Source: Lama glama (taxonomy: Eukaryota). Taken from it: a stretch of DNA of 64,000 bases. The translations under genes were made by a program, and so were the position numbers. Shown here piece after piece: positions 1 through 13,402 of the stretch. The notes beneath the pieces are model-generated. The model ran no database searches. It was not told the DNA's origin and was given only the letters and a program-made list of their open reading frames with translations. The stretch's first letter is position 1. Each line of letters begins with the position of its first letter. The DNA lies in NCBI GenBank assembly GCA_028534125.1, contig CM052817.1, positions 99,574,001 to 99,638,000 on the forward strand, in the 5' to 3' direction.

Positions 1-1036
1 TGTAATAATATTTTAACAGAGCTTTATGGTTTACAAAGGCCATTACGTGAGTAAATGATGGTATATGTGTCCACGCATCATCCTCTCATTGTCTTTTACA
101 GAGTAGAAGCCAATAACCTCCTCAAGTAACTTTTCCTCCATGGAAATTTGGGGGTTTTCCCATTCAATGATAGCATGGTAGGAGCCCTATCATCCTCTTT
201 TGGGTTTTCTTGGCCCAGTTTCAATAAAAATTTATTACCAAGCACTTTGAAATGCAAGTGATCACTAAATTTTAATTCAGCCTACAGGAAAATCTCATTA
301 ACTTGATATTGGCTAATTCAATTTAATGTCTCCTTCAAAGAAATTTCTCTTGACTAGATGATTAGATGGGTTTGCATGTATAATAAGCATAGTTAATGCA
401 CAATGTAAAACCATTATGAAATTTGAACTGGAAATTTGGCTCAGAGACTTTAAAAACTGGTTTCTTTTGAAACAAACATTAAAGATAATCATATGGGAAT
501 TTCAGAAAGTATGGGGAAATAATATCGAGGTTGAAATTTCTTTTTTAAAGTATATATATTTAAAATTTTTTGACTACTGTCTGTTGACAAGTACATGATA
601 AAGAACTATTTTTTTAAATTTAGAAAGTAATTCTCCCTTAAATTTCAGACGAACAGATTCTTATGATAATCTCTTAAAATTATGTCACTAATTGGGTATT
701 TTAAATACTGATAATTGAACTAACTCTATTTCCACAAAAATTAAAGATTTTTGGAGATTTTCAATAACTTCCTCATTATTAGTGGCATTTAAAAGATAAT
801 GCCTTATACTGATATAGGAAAAACAGTTTTATAATGAAATACAATAAATTAGCTTGGTTCTTTTATTCTATGGGGATTTTTAAAATATTGGGTAAGTACA
901 TGGGGCTTAGCAATTGGTTTATAATAAAGTTTTTTTTAATCTGACCTATGGTAAAAAAATTTAGACATCAGCTAAATATCTGAAATTAGTGAGTAGTTTA
1001 GTCTTCAACCTAAAATAATCTATAATGACCACTTAC

Positions 1037-1152
1037 CAAGTTTCTGGTTCTGTCAACATTACCGAGTTTTCCAGACACTGTGCTGTAAGTGTTTCCAACA
1101 GGCTTTTCAGTAGGGAGAGGAGGTGGGCTTTGTGGATCCTCCTCATGTAAAC
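1037..1152 (-). CDS. SH3D19: SH3D19 exon E9 (116 nt, phase 1->0): (C)LHEEDPQSPPPLPTEKPVGNTYSTVSGKLGNVDRTRNL
   Basis: ctttctag|GTTTACATGAG...AGAAACTTG|gtaagt; in frame with E8. Confidence 0.94.
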
Positions 1153-1499
1153 CTAGAAAGACAGCAGTAATTCTTCAGTAATTTCTAGTCTTCAGGAATT
1201 CAAAGCTTGAAATGATTGCAGCGTCATTCCTTAGGAAAACGGCTATTGCAAAAAGATCCATTCAAAGAATGGATAGCTACACAAATGAGAAAGAGCTCCT
1301 GGCAACCCTCGGAAAATTATGGGTTAGTAGGCAATGGTTAACTTTACCAAGTATTTTTTTGAATGTTTTATAGAGAGTAAAAATAATGCTAAATAATTAC
1401 AACAGCATCTAGCATTTGTTGAGAACCTTCTGTGTGTCAGGCATTAAGTTAAGGCACTTCATTCACACACATTTCTCCAACCAACAGCTGTCTAAGTGC

Positions 1500-1712
1500 T
1501 AGACCTGTTCAGCCTACAAGCTAGCAGCCACATGTGGCAATTTAAACTTAAATCTTAATTAATTAAAATTAAATAAACTTCAAGTTTCAGTTCCTCAGTT
1601 GCACTAGCCACATTCCAAGCCCTCAGTAGCTACATGTGGCTAGTGGCTACCATACTGGACAGCACAGATATAAAACATTTGCGTCTCAGCAGAAAGTCCT
1701 ATTGGGACAGCA
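1500..1712 (-). mobile_element. MER3 (hAT-Charlie MITE) inserted in a MIR (about 1385-1860)
   Basis: Palindromic agccacatgtggc...gctacatgtggctagtggctaccatactggacagc; flanks carry the MIR core attttacagatgaagaaactga. Confidence 0.8.
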
Positions 1713-3090
1713 TTATGCTGGATATTATTCCTACCCATTTTACAGATGAAGAAACTGAAGGTAAGAAAATAAATGATCTAGCCAAGGTCTTAATGCTAGT
1801 AATGGTCAGATCAGGGGTTTGAACCTAAAAGCCTGTGCTCATGGTAATAAGGCACGCTGCTTCCTAACAGGTGGTGTTTCCAACCCCCTCCCATCCCAAT
1901 AATTACATGTATTTTCTTATTCATTAGCTTCAGATTAATAGGCTTAACTGCTCCCGTTTTAACAAACAATATCTTTACATCCAAACTACATCCTTAACTG
2001 AGAGATAGTACACTCCCACCTTATTTTAAAGAGAAGAAAACAAAGATGACCAGATTTAATTAGTGACAGCTAATTAAAATCTGTGTGCAAAACACTTGGA
2101 GACAGGATGATGATAACATACTACAGAAGGCTAAAGCCACCTCCTACTGGTTTAGGAATTTATAGGAGATGGGAATTTTTCCTATTCTTTGAAATGAACA
2201 CTCTCTGCTTCCATTTCACGTGAAAAACCTGTAACAGGAGGATGATTTTTCAGATTCCTGTATTATCGACAGACAGGAAAACACTCTCAAAAGGAGGAAA
2301 ATACCCAGGCCAGCGCCTCAGAAAACAATGATTCAGAGACAGACAAACGTTCTTAGGGAGAGGCAGGGCTGCTCGGGAAATTACAACACACACAGGGATG
2401 GTCCAGCTCAGTCACCATCTTGAAGATTTTCTCTGTGCTGCAGTTTCCTTATTCTTACAAGGAAATAATGAATCACTCAGGATATAACATTGTTGTTGCA
2501 AACAACTGAAGGGTGAAAGGAGTAATAGTATGAAAATAGAGAAGAGATAGCTTACCGGAAGGACAGGGCACGGTAACTATCTGGCAGGGTATGTGGGGTG
2601 GGTAGAGATTTCAGTGTCAAACAATGCGATCAGTGGGGATCTCAATGAGAAATGTGGCATTTGTGCAAAGACCTCAAGGAGCAGTGAAGAAGGGAGCCAT
2701 GCAGGCCCCTGGGGAAAGGACATCCGAGTCACAAGAAACAGGTCCCCAGGGTAAGAAGCTGACAGGTTCACAGAAAAGCAAGGAGTTTGGCGCCACATAG
2801 CTGTTCCTTTCTTCCCTGTCCATTCCAAGTTCTTCAGACGCCAAAAGTCTTATTTCTTCTCCTCTACAGCATGTATGCATTGCTTAATGGTTGTAATAGT
2901 AAAATTCTGGGGAACTGGTTTTTGATATAAATAGAAATAATTCTCTAGGAACTGGAACTTGAGTTCTCTTACCCAGAGCACTATAGAACTCAGCTTTCTA
3001 ATAGTTCCTGGAGCCTCGTCAGAATATCAAGCTAAAGGTACTTCCTCAATATATCCTCAGGATTTCAGGACTACTAATCCAATTTCTAAG

Positions 3091-3614
3091 TGTGCAGAGA
3101 AGAGTCAACAATGCAAACTTGAGTGCTCATCCTTAGAAAGGCCTGCTTACAAGCTTAGTCCTTGCTGGCACCGAGGAACTTGAACTTAGGGAAGGTTCCC
3201 ACCAACTCTAGAACTGGTGCAACAAAAGAACATGGTTTATGCTGAACACTTGCTTTCCTTCTGGGAGTCTGAAATTTTGGTATATGCCCAAATTCCTGGA
3301 GGTGCCCATGCAACTAGCCCTCAGTAAAAACCCTGGGCATTGAATCTCTAAAGGAGCATCTCTGTTTGACAACATTTCACACATATTGTCACAACTGGTT
3401 GCTGGAGGCAGGGAGGTACTGGGAGAGGACTCTTAGAAGCCTGCATGTACCCAGCTTCCTCTAGACTTTGCCTCCTCCACCTTTTCCCTTTGCTGATTTT
3501 GCTTTGCACACTTCTGTGTGATAAGTCACAGTCGCAAACGCAACTATATGTGAATCCTGTGAACCCTCCTAGGGAACCATGGGACTCGAGGGGGAGGGTC
3601 TTGGGGACACAACA
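3091..3614 (+). mobile_element. Old ERVL-type solo LTR (MER68-like)
   Basis: tgtgcagaagagtcaaca...atccttagaaaggcctgctt...gggtcttggggacac resembles the recalled MER68 consensus. Confidence 0.75.
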
Positions 3615-4896
3615 GGAGAATGCCTCCATGTAAAAGTTGTACTACTTAAAACCACATGAGCTTCGGGCGACATTTATTATCATGTATCTCACGATGCCTA
3701 TTAGAAAACCCCAAATACATTTAACAAGGTAACAGCAAGCAGGCAGACAGCCCAGTGAGCTCTCATGTCACTCAATTGTGGGCTATATGATCCTTCCCAA
3801 AGAAACTTGCCACCAGTTCTTTGGTCTAGCACCACCATATAACCTCCTAAGATGCAAGAACCCACTAGAATTTGGTCCCCTAGACTTTCCTCCTCATTCG
3901 TCATGGAAACTCCATTCTATCTTCTCACTACTTGGCTTAGAGGTATCAAATTAATCAAGAGACTAAAACCAATGCAATCTTTCTGGGTAGTTTTTTATAG
4001 AGAACCCAAACCCCTAAACCAAAGGGGCTTCACGGCATTCCAGGGCAGGCCTGCAGTATAACCCTGGGAAACTGCAGGTCAGAGACCACGACACACCTGC
4101 CCTGCTGTTGGGAGGAATGGAGCGGCAGAATCTCCTCTTAGACAAAGGAGAGGATGCAGAAGCACTGAATGAAAGGAGACGGAAGCAGAGGCTCACGGAG
4201 AAAGCTGTGTGACCACCTGAGCAACGCTGGGAACTGCTCTGGAACCCACTGTGTGTGCATTCGTGTGCATACACATGCACACACTTTTTATTAATCTCCA
4301 GGGTCTAAGATAAATAGTTCTGGCCCTCGTTGCTTCTCTCTTACGATAGTATCAGATTTATCTGCATTATACAAATACAAAATACAAAATTTTATTTATT
4401 GGACCATTAAAAAGTCAAGGAAGTATATCAAAATGTAGTGTTACACCAGTTTAAAATATTTTTATACATTGTTACGTCTTTATAACTTTTGGTTATTGCT
4501 CTTAACACAATTCACACATAGCTATATTTAGATTATGCTGATTGGAATAATGTACTCCTGATAGACATACACGACTTTATTTGCTATCAGTTTCAATTAC
4601 TTTCTAAACATATCTTTACCACTGGCACCAACACAGGACACTACAATTGTTCTGAATTTCAACTTTCCTCTACTCTCTCTGCCAAATGACGATGTTTAAA
4701 GAGAAGTGAAATCCAAATTTACTGTAATTGTCTATATAGCTGTGAAAAAACAGCTTGCTTTTAAATGTCCTTGATTATGAGTAATAACAACAAATGGCTG
4801 GATTACACACAATTTCAAAAGCAGACACTGACAAATTAGCATATATTTCTCCCAGGCTCCTGGAGAAGCAAATAAACGAAGCAGAGAAGTGCTTAC

Positions 4897-5004
4897 ATTT
4901 TCCTGGTTTGGCTGGAATTCGAATCACAGTGGGCTTCCTGGTGGGTGCTGGTTGAACTGCTCGTTCCTTTATTGGTTCTGTTTTTGTGGGGAGCTGAAAG
5001 GGAT
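4897..5004 (-). CDS. SH3D19: SH3D19 exon E8 (108 nt, phase 1->1): (D)PFQLPTKTEPIKERAVQPAPTRKPTVIRIPAKPGK(C)
   Basis: tttctcattag|ATCCCTTT...GGAAAAT|gtaagc; lies within ORF 4775..5032. Confidence 0.95.
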
Positions 5005-7659
5005 CTAATGAGAAACACAGTTTATTTTGCATGTTTTAGTTAACACGGACTCAAACAAAAAACTGTATTCATAATTAAAGAGTCATATTTTTCATGCCCT
5101 AGGGAAAACTATTCATGGATAAATAAAATCTCAGTTTGCAGAGACAAAAACAAAGTCAGGGCTCATGAAAGGAAATAACTTGGTGCTCTGTAAATAATTC
5201 ATATGGCTTTTCTTCCTCTCTGATGAGAGAAAGCCAGGACAATCTTCAATTATACAGAAGCTATCTTTCATGGGAGTGCAATCATTTCATAAGTGTCCAC
5301 CTGACGAGGGGCAATTGAAACGAGGAGCCAATTTTCCCCCTATTGTGAAGCCCCCCAGGTCCCCCAGGAAGGAAGGCCTCTCTGTCCCCACGTTCCTGTG
5401 CCTGTACTGGAAACCCTCCCCTCAGGGCTCACCAGCCTAGTCCCACCCAGCACTGAGCGTGGTGGAGGCGGGGTGGATGGGGGGGTGTTCTGTAGTCTCA
5501 GATTTATTCCACTGACATGCAAATGAAACACGTTTTATCCTCAAAATAAGATAAGCCATCTCCCTTCAAATATTTAACTCGGAGGCAAGGATATATGAGT
5601 TGGCATTTCTCCATCTTAACCTGTTCATTTAAAATGGACAGTATGTGCTTAGGGAGAGTGTTTTAAACAAAAGCATTACCACCAAACTCTTTTACTTAAA
5701 GAAACAGTCTTTTTTTCTTTAATGTAAATGTTTTTCAGTCATTTGGGAAAATGGCTATAAAAGTTTTAAAAGAAGTCTAAAAATAAATAGATTAGTAAAA
5801 ATAAAATCAAATACTGCATATAGTGCATATTTTTTACAGCACACAGGCTCTCATGATGCCGCTTCTGCCTTTATTCAGCAAGAGGCAGAATGAACATGTG
5901 CCGTATTCTGCACCTGTTCTGTGGATCTCGCCTGTAGGGAGATACTCCCTGTAACACAGCGCACTTCGCAGAGCCTGTGAAGAGCAGCATTCGTGTCCTG
6001 CCTGTTATGAGCTGCAATTCAATAACCACTTTTTGCTGACCAGCTCTTTTCAGGATATGTGAAGAGCTGGGCTGAGGATCAGAAGGCTTTTCAGCTCCCT
6101 GATACCTGCCCTTTGCCTCTACCTAGCTCTCAGGCAACCTGCCCGCCAAGCCTCCTACAGAGCCTCACACACTCACTGGCCACTTGCTCTTACGTGTCTG
6201 TCTACCACGTGCTGGTAATGGTGTGAGGTGGGGAGATGTGATGGTAAAGTACCACCCCATTTTAAGTTTATTATTTAGAAGAACCCCAACATGGCATTCT
6301 CGGTAAAATTATTATTAGGCTACTGAAAAAAAAACCAATTAGATGACCCCTTTGTGAAAACCTATCAGCTCATAAGTGAGGCAAGTCTTGTCTAAGTTCA
6401 AGAAACCAACTCAACATCAAAACAATACCAAATGTTCAAAAAAGGCTCTTGTAATAATATCACTGTCTTCCACTGTAACCTATGTCCCCACAAAACAAAG
6501 CTCCTTCTCTTAGGTCTAACCAAATTCTTTAATTCTTTACTTTGTTATAGCATTATTTTTTACTTCAGAAGTAATATTTAATGTAAAAATGGGAACCATT
6601 AAGAAGTATATGATAGAAAATCTCCTGTATTCCCATCGCTCCAGTAATAACTATTATCTAAAGTTTGCTGTATCTGTCTACAGATTTTTATTTTCTGTAT
6701 CACATGTATTATTATGCAGGTACTTTGAAAAACAAAAACAAGATCTTTTTGTATCTATTTCTTGTGTTGTTCATTGGGTATTGACTGGGTGTCAGTTACA
6801 CATCAAATGCTGTTCTAGGTGCTGGGAACACTTCAGTGAACAGAGCAAAGAATTTCCCAAGCCAGTATCCCACCTACACTCTCTCTCTCACATTCCAGGA
6901 GTGAGAACACAAACAAGGGGCGGGTAGGGAAAGGAGAAAAGAGGCTACTCAGTGTTCTTGGAAGGCTGGCCTCAGGGAACCCCCGCTCCCAATCCTGCAG
7001 GTCTCACCAATGGAATTAAAGGGTCAGTCATTTTTTTTTTTTTCAAACCTGCAGGATTTAAACTGAAGTAGCATAGATACAACTTAAATACAACGTATTC
7101 CAAGTGTCCTAGCTACCCACTTTCTTTTTTGGTCTTTATTTTTAATATCATTTGCTGCTCTTTAATAAGGGCACTCAGATAGTTCTACTATACATGTCTC
7201 CAGGAAAAAAGAAAATCTTTCCCAATACAGTGGAGCAAGGATGTCTTCGTGTTCCGGCGCTGTGGCTGTTTGGCAGGAGTGGATCTGTTTAATGACACCC
7301 CCCAGCTGTGCTCACTGAGTCAGTGGCTCGGCATTGGCCTCTCCGTCTGCGTGCTGTCCCGGGCTGCAGTCCAAGAGAGGCGTGCAGATCAGCGGGGAGA
7401 ACAAACAGCATCACTTCAATAAGAAGGTGGAGCCAGAGGCCTGTTTTCCGTCTTGATGATGGAGCGCAAGTCTCTCTCTAGCTACACAGTATGCTGACTT
7501 TTTAAGTCTTTTGATGAGAGGGGCATTTTTGTTTTTTCCCAACAGAAATATAAGTGGGTGACAAAGCAAGCAAGGATGGCACCTTACGTTTGGGAACTCC
7601 AGGCCCTGCCAGGCGGGAAACTGGATCATTGATACTGTTAGTTATGTTTAAAGTTCATA

Positions 7660-8170
7660 ATCTTTAAACCAGTAGTCCCACTTTTGGAAATTTATTCTTC
7701 AGATTTTATAAAAGAACTAGTAGAAGTGAAAATGTTTGAGAGTGTTCACTGCAGTTTTTTTTTTTTGTAGTGGCAAAAAACCCCCCGCCAAACCCTCCAA
7801 ATAAAAAACAAAACCACCTGAATTACCATCAGTAGGGGAAGTGTTGACCCAACTATGCTGCGTTCATACTAGGGACTGTCAGGCAGGAACAAGGAAACAA
7901 GGAGGTAGACTTAGACCTGCTGGCCTGAAGAGAAGTCCCTAAATCTCATTAGTAAATGAAAAAAGCAAGCTGCTGAGTAACGGGTACCAGGATAAACATT
8001 TTCATAAAAAGCAGGAAAAAGTGCACATATGTGTACATGTTCGTCAGCTTTGGTTTGGAAAGTCCAAAGGCACAGAAAGTGACATACAACACATCACACT
8101 GGTTATTCTGGAGATTTGAATGGACTGGAGGGAGATTAGTTTTTTCTTTTACTAAATGTTTGTTTCTCTA
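7660..8170 (+). mobile_element. Old L1ME-type 3' fragment
   Basis: ccagtagtcccacttttggaaatttatt...tgttcactgcag...aaatgaaaaaagcaag. Confidence 0.6.
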
Positions 8171-9249
8171 CCACAGACTGTTTGCTTTTGCTTCCACAGA
8201 AAAAAACACAAACATCTCCAAAAGAATCTCCCATCCAAATCTTAGGGAAGTCAATGGCTTCTTTCCCTACTTTTTATTTGCAATGTTTCCTCTGCCCTCC
8301 TTCCAGCCCCTCACACCAATGCCAATTATTCTACACCTGCTGCCAAGCAAGCAGGCCCCTTTACACCTACATCCGCATGGTCTTCATTACCGAGTTGAGA
8401 AACACACTGATGATAATGTAGTTTTCTGCCCATTACCTGTCTCTAATAATATGCTTGTCATCATAATCAGTTTCACCATCCTTGGCTTGCTTTTCTCTCA
8501 TTTCTTTCCCTTGAGTTCTGCTAATAGCAGAAATTGGCTGCTAAACTATTACTCTGGTCTGTGTAATGGGGCTGACAGCAGAAGCGTTCTGCTTTTTTTT
8601 TGACAACTGGGTATGATTTGTAAAGGTGTGAAGAGGAATTGCTAATGCTTCTCAGTCCCATTACATTAACCTGGAAGGCATTCTACCCAAGAATTGAATC
8701 CAATATTAAATTGCCTGTTTTATGAGTTTCTCTTTAATAATTTTTCTAATCTTTACAATGTTTTCACAGCTTCGGTATTTTCTGATCTCTATTTCCTGAG
8801 ATTAATAAGGCAACTTTATTTTATGGAAACTACTTTATTGGATTTTCTTTATTTTTGAGGGAAGAGAAAAAGAAGGAAAGACATATTTGAGTTTCTCTCC
8901 TCTCTCTTGTGTTCCTCCCCCAGTTTCTGGCTGATGCTAGGATGATTAAGCAAGGTTTCACAAAGAGACCATAATCCTTTATTTACAAAGACAATGCATG
9001 AAAATACCACCAAAAAGTCACGACGCCTTACAGCATGGAGGACATGGTCAATAATATTGTAATAACTTTGTATGATGACAGATGGGAACTAGACTTCTCA
9101 TGGTGATCATTTTGAAATATCGAATGACTAGGCTGTATACATGGAACTAACATACTGCTGTAGGTCAGTTATACAAAAAAACGTGTAGCTACCCCCCTCA
9201 AAAATAGTCACAGAGCCCAAATCAATAAACAAAAATCCCTCTACATACT

Positions 9250-9900
9250 GAGGAATTCAGAGGTGATCTCGAAGGCCTTTGGAGGGCAATAAGCAAAGAA
9301 GCAACAAGGTCCAGTGTCCACTCTAGGGTAACCACAGTATGGACGATGATGGGTTTGGGGCAGAAGCAGAGGCTCAGTTCTGGAGGCCACTGCAGGAATC
9401 TGGGCCTAACGGTCTAAAGCGGGGCAGTAGCAGGAGGGCTGGAAATAAGAGGAAGATTTAAGAACTAATCAGAAGGTAAAACCAGCAGGACTTGGCAACT
9501 GACGTGGATGTGAAGGGCAAGAAGTAAGAATAACAGCTTCTACTTAATGAGCACTTACCATGGTTCAGACAGTGTGATAGGGCTTTCCTGCATAAGCACG
9601 TTTAATACTTGCAATAGCTCTACGAGGAGTATTATTATCGTGTTTTATAGATGAGGAAACCGAGGCAGTGTGGGGTTAAGTAAATTGCTCAAGGTCACAC
9701 AGCAATCAAGTGGTAGTGGTTGACTCTAAGTCCAAACAACTGGCCACTGTGTGACAGGTAGGAAGGCTCAAGGATGATCTATAGGATTCTTCAGGGAGGG
9801 CTGGTGTGTGAGAGTATCACTAAGGGAGGTGCAGAATACAGGAAGAGGAGCAGGTTTAAAAAGAAGATAAGAGTGTTTAGTTCAGTATAACTCCACAGTT
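9250..9900 (-). mobile_element. L2 remnant interrupted by a MIR (about 9530-9750)
   Basis: gaaggtaaaaccagcaggacttggcaactga; MIR core gttttatagatgaggaaaccgaggc. Confidence 0.65.
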
Positions 9901-11552
9901 AAGAGCGATGGTTAAAGGCAGGTGGGATGAGCAAATTATACATTTTGCTAGAAGACTGCCTCAGTAATTAACTGTTGTGCAATGAAGTGGTAGAAATCAA
10001 GAAACAGAAAAGGCTGAGTATGAAGCAGGGCACTGTATTCATGTTGATGTGTATTGCTGGCCTTCCTTCTTGATGATGACTGTAATTATCTGCTCGATGA
10101 CACAGAATAAATTCTCACCAATTATTAACCAAGTTGCCATCCCCATAGAATCTAAGAGCTTCTGCAAAAGGTGGTATGTCTTTGGCTTGTATGGTTTCCA
10201 GCCCTTAACAGCTTGCTGCTTTTGGATCTACCCATCTCTGTCCTACACAGCACCTTGTTGACAGCAAAAAGGTTAAGTAAGAAAATGACATGACAGTTAC
10301 AGACTTGAAAAGTTTTTAATACGTTGCCTGGTTTAAGGATTCATGAAAATGTTGGGTTAGCAACACCATACGGTGAAAAATAAACTAGTAGAATAAAAGG
10401 ACTGAGTGTGACTCCTGCTTTGGAAAATTGTCCTATGACACGAATAAGTTACCAATTGATTTCTCTCAGTCTAATTTTCTTTATCTGCAAAGTGGGGCCA
10501 ACGATACCTTGCAGAGGGTTACTGTAAGTATTAAATTAAATAATGTATGTCTGGGTATCTAGCAGAGGGTTTGGAACACGGCCGAAGTTCAGTATAGGCT
10601 AACATTTTTCTTTCTCCTTCTTATGGACAAGAGGCATGCTACAGACGGTTACAATGTTGTGTGCATGATAGATATTTAATAAATTTGTGTTTGTTATCAT
10701 TTAGAATACACCTGTGCTGTGCAGAATTGGCCTTTGAACCACGGAGTTTGTATCATTTTGATGCACCTTAAACATTTATAAGGTGACAGCTAACCTTCTG
10801 AAAATACCATTAAGCGTATATGTTCACAATTTTGACTCAAATAAGTAAACAGTAGTAAAAGGAACCTTATCAATGACAAGCAGAGCAGCTTGGTTTGGCA
10901 AACCAAAGATAAGTTTTACCATCACACTCTCCATCTGAACACTGCCTCTTGGGAAAATCTAATTGTCCTGATCTTGGCAGGAAACTTACAACTGTTGTAT
11001 TTTATTTACAAAACTGTGCATTCCCAAGGGAAGATGTTCCATGAAGATTACAGGAAAACATTTTTGCAACATATGGCTGGGTTTACTGCTCCTGCTGGAG
11101 TCCTCCCCAGGGCTGGCCCCTCTCCTGGCACTCCCGCAGGGCAGTTCAATCTGAGGAGCCCTTCTGAGGCTGCTGTGTAACTTTTGGCCTCTGAGAAGTC
11201 TCCCCTCCATCCTCCTAATGCTCGAATCTCCACCTGTCAAAGGAAGGAGCCAGCCTCCCACATAGTTGAGTCCCTAGTCCCAGCCCGCTTATTCCTGGCT
11301 CATGTAAGAGTAATCAACGTCTCCATCTCCCCATCCCATACCTTCCCTTCCCTCTCTGTTTCTATTTCCATCTCCCACTCGGCTCCATGTTTCTTCATCT
11401 GGCTGTTTCTCCCTGTCTCTGCACACACACACATATGCACACATGTGCACGCACACACCTCAATACTGATGTGCCAGAAATAAAACAGTAAGTACCATTC
11501 AAGATACCCTGTGATGAGTTTAGACTCCCCTCCCACTTCTGATTTTACTCAC

Positions 11553-12557
11553 CCAGAACCATCTCTGAACCAAGAGAGTCTTCAACCAGGTTCCCCGTTG
11601 GGGTGGGTAAAACATCGTCATCAAAGCTGATGAGGTCGATGTCCCCCAGAGGCTTGCTCTGCAGAACTGGCACTGGGGGGTTGGCTGGAGGTCCCTCTCC
11701 CAGCGACCTGAATGCTTTGGCTTGTGATGCCACTGAGAGTCGGGGAGGAACAGTGACCGGTTTCAGCAAAGCCGCAGGGTAGTTGGGGTTTTCTGAGGAA
11801 ATGGATTTCTTCGGCAGCAAAGGCCGAGGAGCAGGAGTGGGGGCTTTCCTCCCAACGTCAGGGCTCTCGGCCACGGGCCCTCCTCCCAGAATCTCATGAT
11901 TCACACTTCGTATAAGGCCAGGGTTTGGTTTCTTTGGCAATTCAGGTTTGGTTCCCGGGATGCTCCTGGCTTCTTGCGTTGGGGAATGTGGGGTGAGCCC
12001 TTCCCCGGAGGCCACCCTGAGTCTGTTTTCAGTCCAGGAGTCCCATTCTCCAGAAGCTCTGTTGGCTGCTGGTTTGGGAGCCACAGAGGGTTTCCCTGAG
12101 GGAACAGCAGGCCTTGGGGGCAGTGTGCGGGGAGCAATTTCTGGTTTCTTGGGCAGTCCCAAGCTTTCTGTATTTGTCTGACCCTCAAATGCTTTGATCC
12201 TTGAAACGACGGTATTTTGGCTTCGTTCTGTGTTCATAATGTTCATCACCGCCTGACTATCCAAGTCACTGGTGTTGTCCAACAGAGCCTGTGGCCGGCT
12301 CGGGGCTGGCTCCTCGCGGGTGGCTGCTGCGCTGGTTTTCTGGTGATTCTGCTCTTTAATGTGGGTATCTCTGGCTACTGGTCTGAGGTTGCTTTTTGAT
12401 CTTGGTTTTGGCACTGGACATCTTGTAGCACTGGAGTTTTCTGGACAATTCTGTTCTTCGGAAACATCAAAGACTATTAAAGGCGCCACATTTGTCAGAT
12501 GATGGCTGGCTGAGGCCGCTGGGGAAGGCTGCAGAGGTTTGAGAGGTGCCGGCAGTG
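11553..12557 (-). CDS. SH3D19: SH3D19 large proline-rich exon E7 (1005 nt, phase 1->1); contains the short-isoform start ATG at 12246 (MNIMNTERSQN...)
   Basis: ctgttctcgtcag|CACTGCCG...GTTCTGG|gtgagt; lies within the 357-aa ORF 11545..12618; strong match to recalled SH3D19. Confidence 0.96.
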
Positions 12558-13239
12558 CTGACGAGAACAGAAGTTGCAACGTTAAAATAGAAAAGACAAA
12601 ATAATAGAAGATACACAAATTTTAAAAATATACACGTAGACTATCAAGAGATTTTGGTTTCCTTAATTAGTAAAGAATAATTCTGAAATCAGTGGGGAAA
12701 CGTTTATATCCAGCTTCCTGCAGAAGGGCTCTTCAGGTTGTCTTTATTCATATAATATTCATTATGTAATATTTTAAAACACTGTTACATCCCTGATTCT
12801 CAGTGGACTTATCAGTGAGCCATTTCTCTCTTGTCAAAATTTCAATAATTCTTGCTTTACTTTTCCAAAGTAACGTACTCTCATCTGTTAACGCTAATAC
12901 AATGCTTTTTAAAAGCCTAACAGGACCTTTAGCTGCCTATCAAGTTTAAGTTGCTAAATACAACATCTTTTCCAATGGGAATAAAGGGCATCCACAGCAA
13001 TACCAACCATGAGCTAAAAGGATGATGTTTTTGTGATATGAACTGGGGTGACTGGGGCCTTGGCTTGAGAATGATCTATTGTAATATCACAGCAAGCCCC
13101 AATAAAGCAGGCACACAGTGACCACGCTGACTGGGAGGCAGAGCTCAATGAATAATGCACAAATTACAAGTTACTCTAAAGGCTAGAACCTATTGATTAG
13201 TTCCCTAGAACTAGGTCAGAACTAGGGAAGACAAATTAC

Positions 13240-13402
13240 TTGTATTACTTTGAGGCAGATGGTTGTCTATTTCTTCTGAGAAGTCAGTCTGAGTTGCAGA
13301 AGTAATAGTGTGCCTTGGAGTGGCAGCAGCATTATTGTTATTTGTACTATTAACTTGAACTTGGTTGATTTCTTTTATGACTTGTTCATAAGACGGTGGG
13401 AG
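13240..13402 (-). CDS. SH3D19: SH3D19 exon E6 (163 nt, or 154 nt with the alternative donor at 13249; phase 0->1): LPPSYEQVIKEINQVQVNSTNNNNAAATPRHTITSATQTDFSEEIDNHLPQ(SNT)
   Basis: cttcgcag|CTCCCACCG...; two GTAAT donors 9 nt apart; lies within ORF 13211..13489. Confidence 0.9.

Noticed and set aside
5455..5490. G-rich tracts (also near 17080, 29355, 30235) as G-quadruplexes
   Set aside because: Common in mammalian introns; no contextual evidence of function.
7411..7629. CpG-containing ORF with possible donor AAC|gtaagg as an internal first exon
   Set aside because: Weak donor and phase 0, incompatible with phase-1 E8.
8031..8603. 190-aa plus-strand ORF
   Set aside because: Non-ATG start within an old L1 remnant, no recognisable protein features, no splice support.
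10040..10290. Possible alternative terminal exon after E7 (cttaac branch-like site, AAG acceptor)
   Set aside because: Weak acceptor, immediate stop, no clear polyA signal; unsupported from sequence alone.
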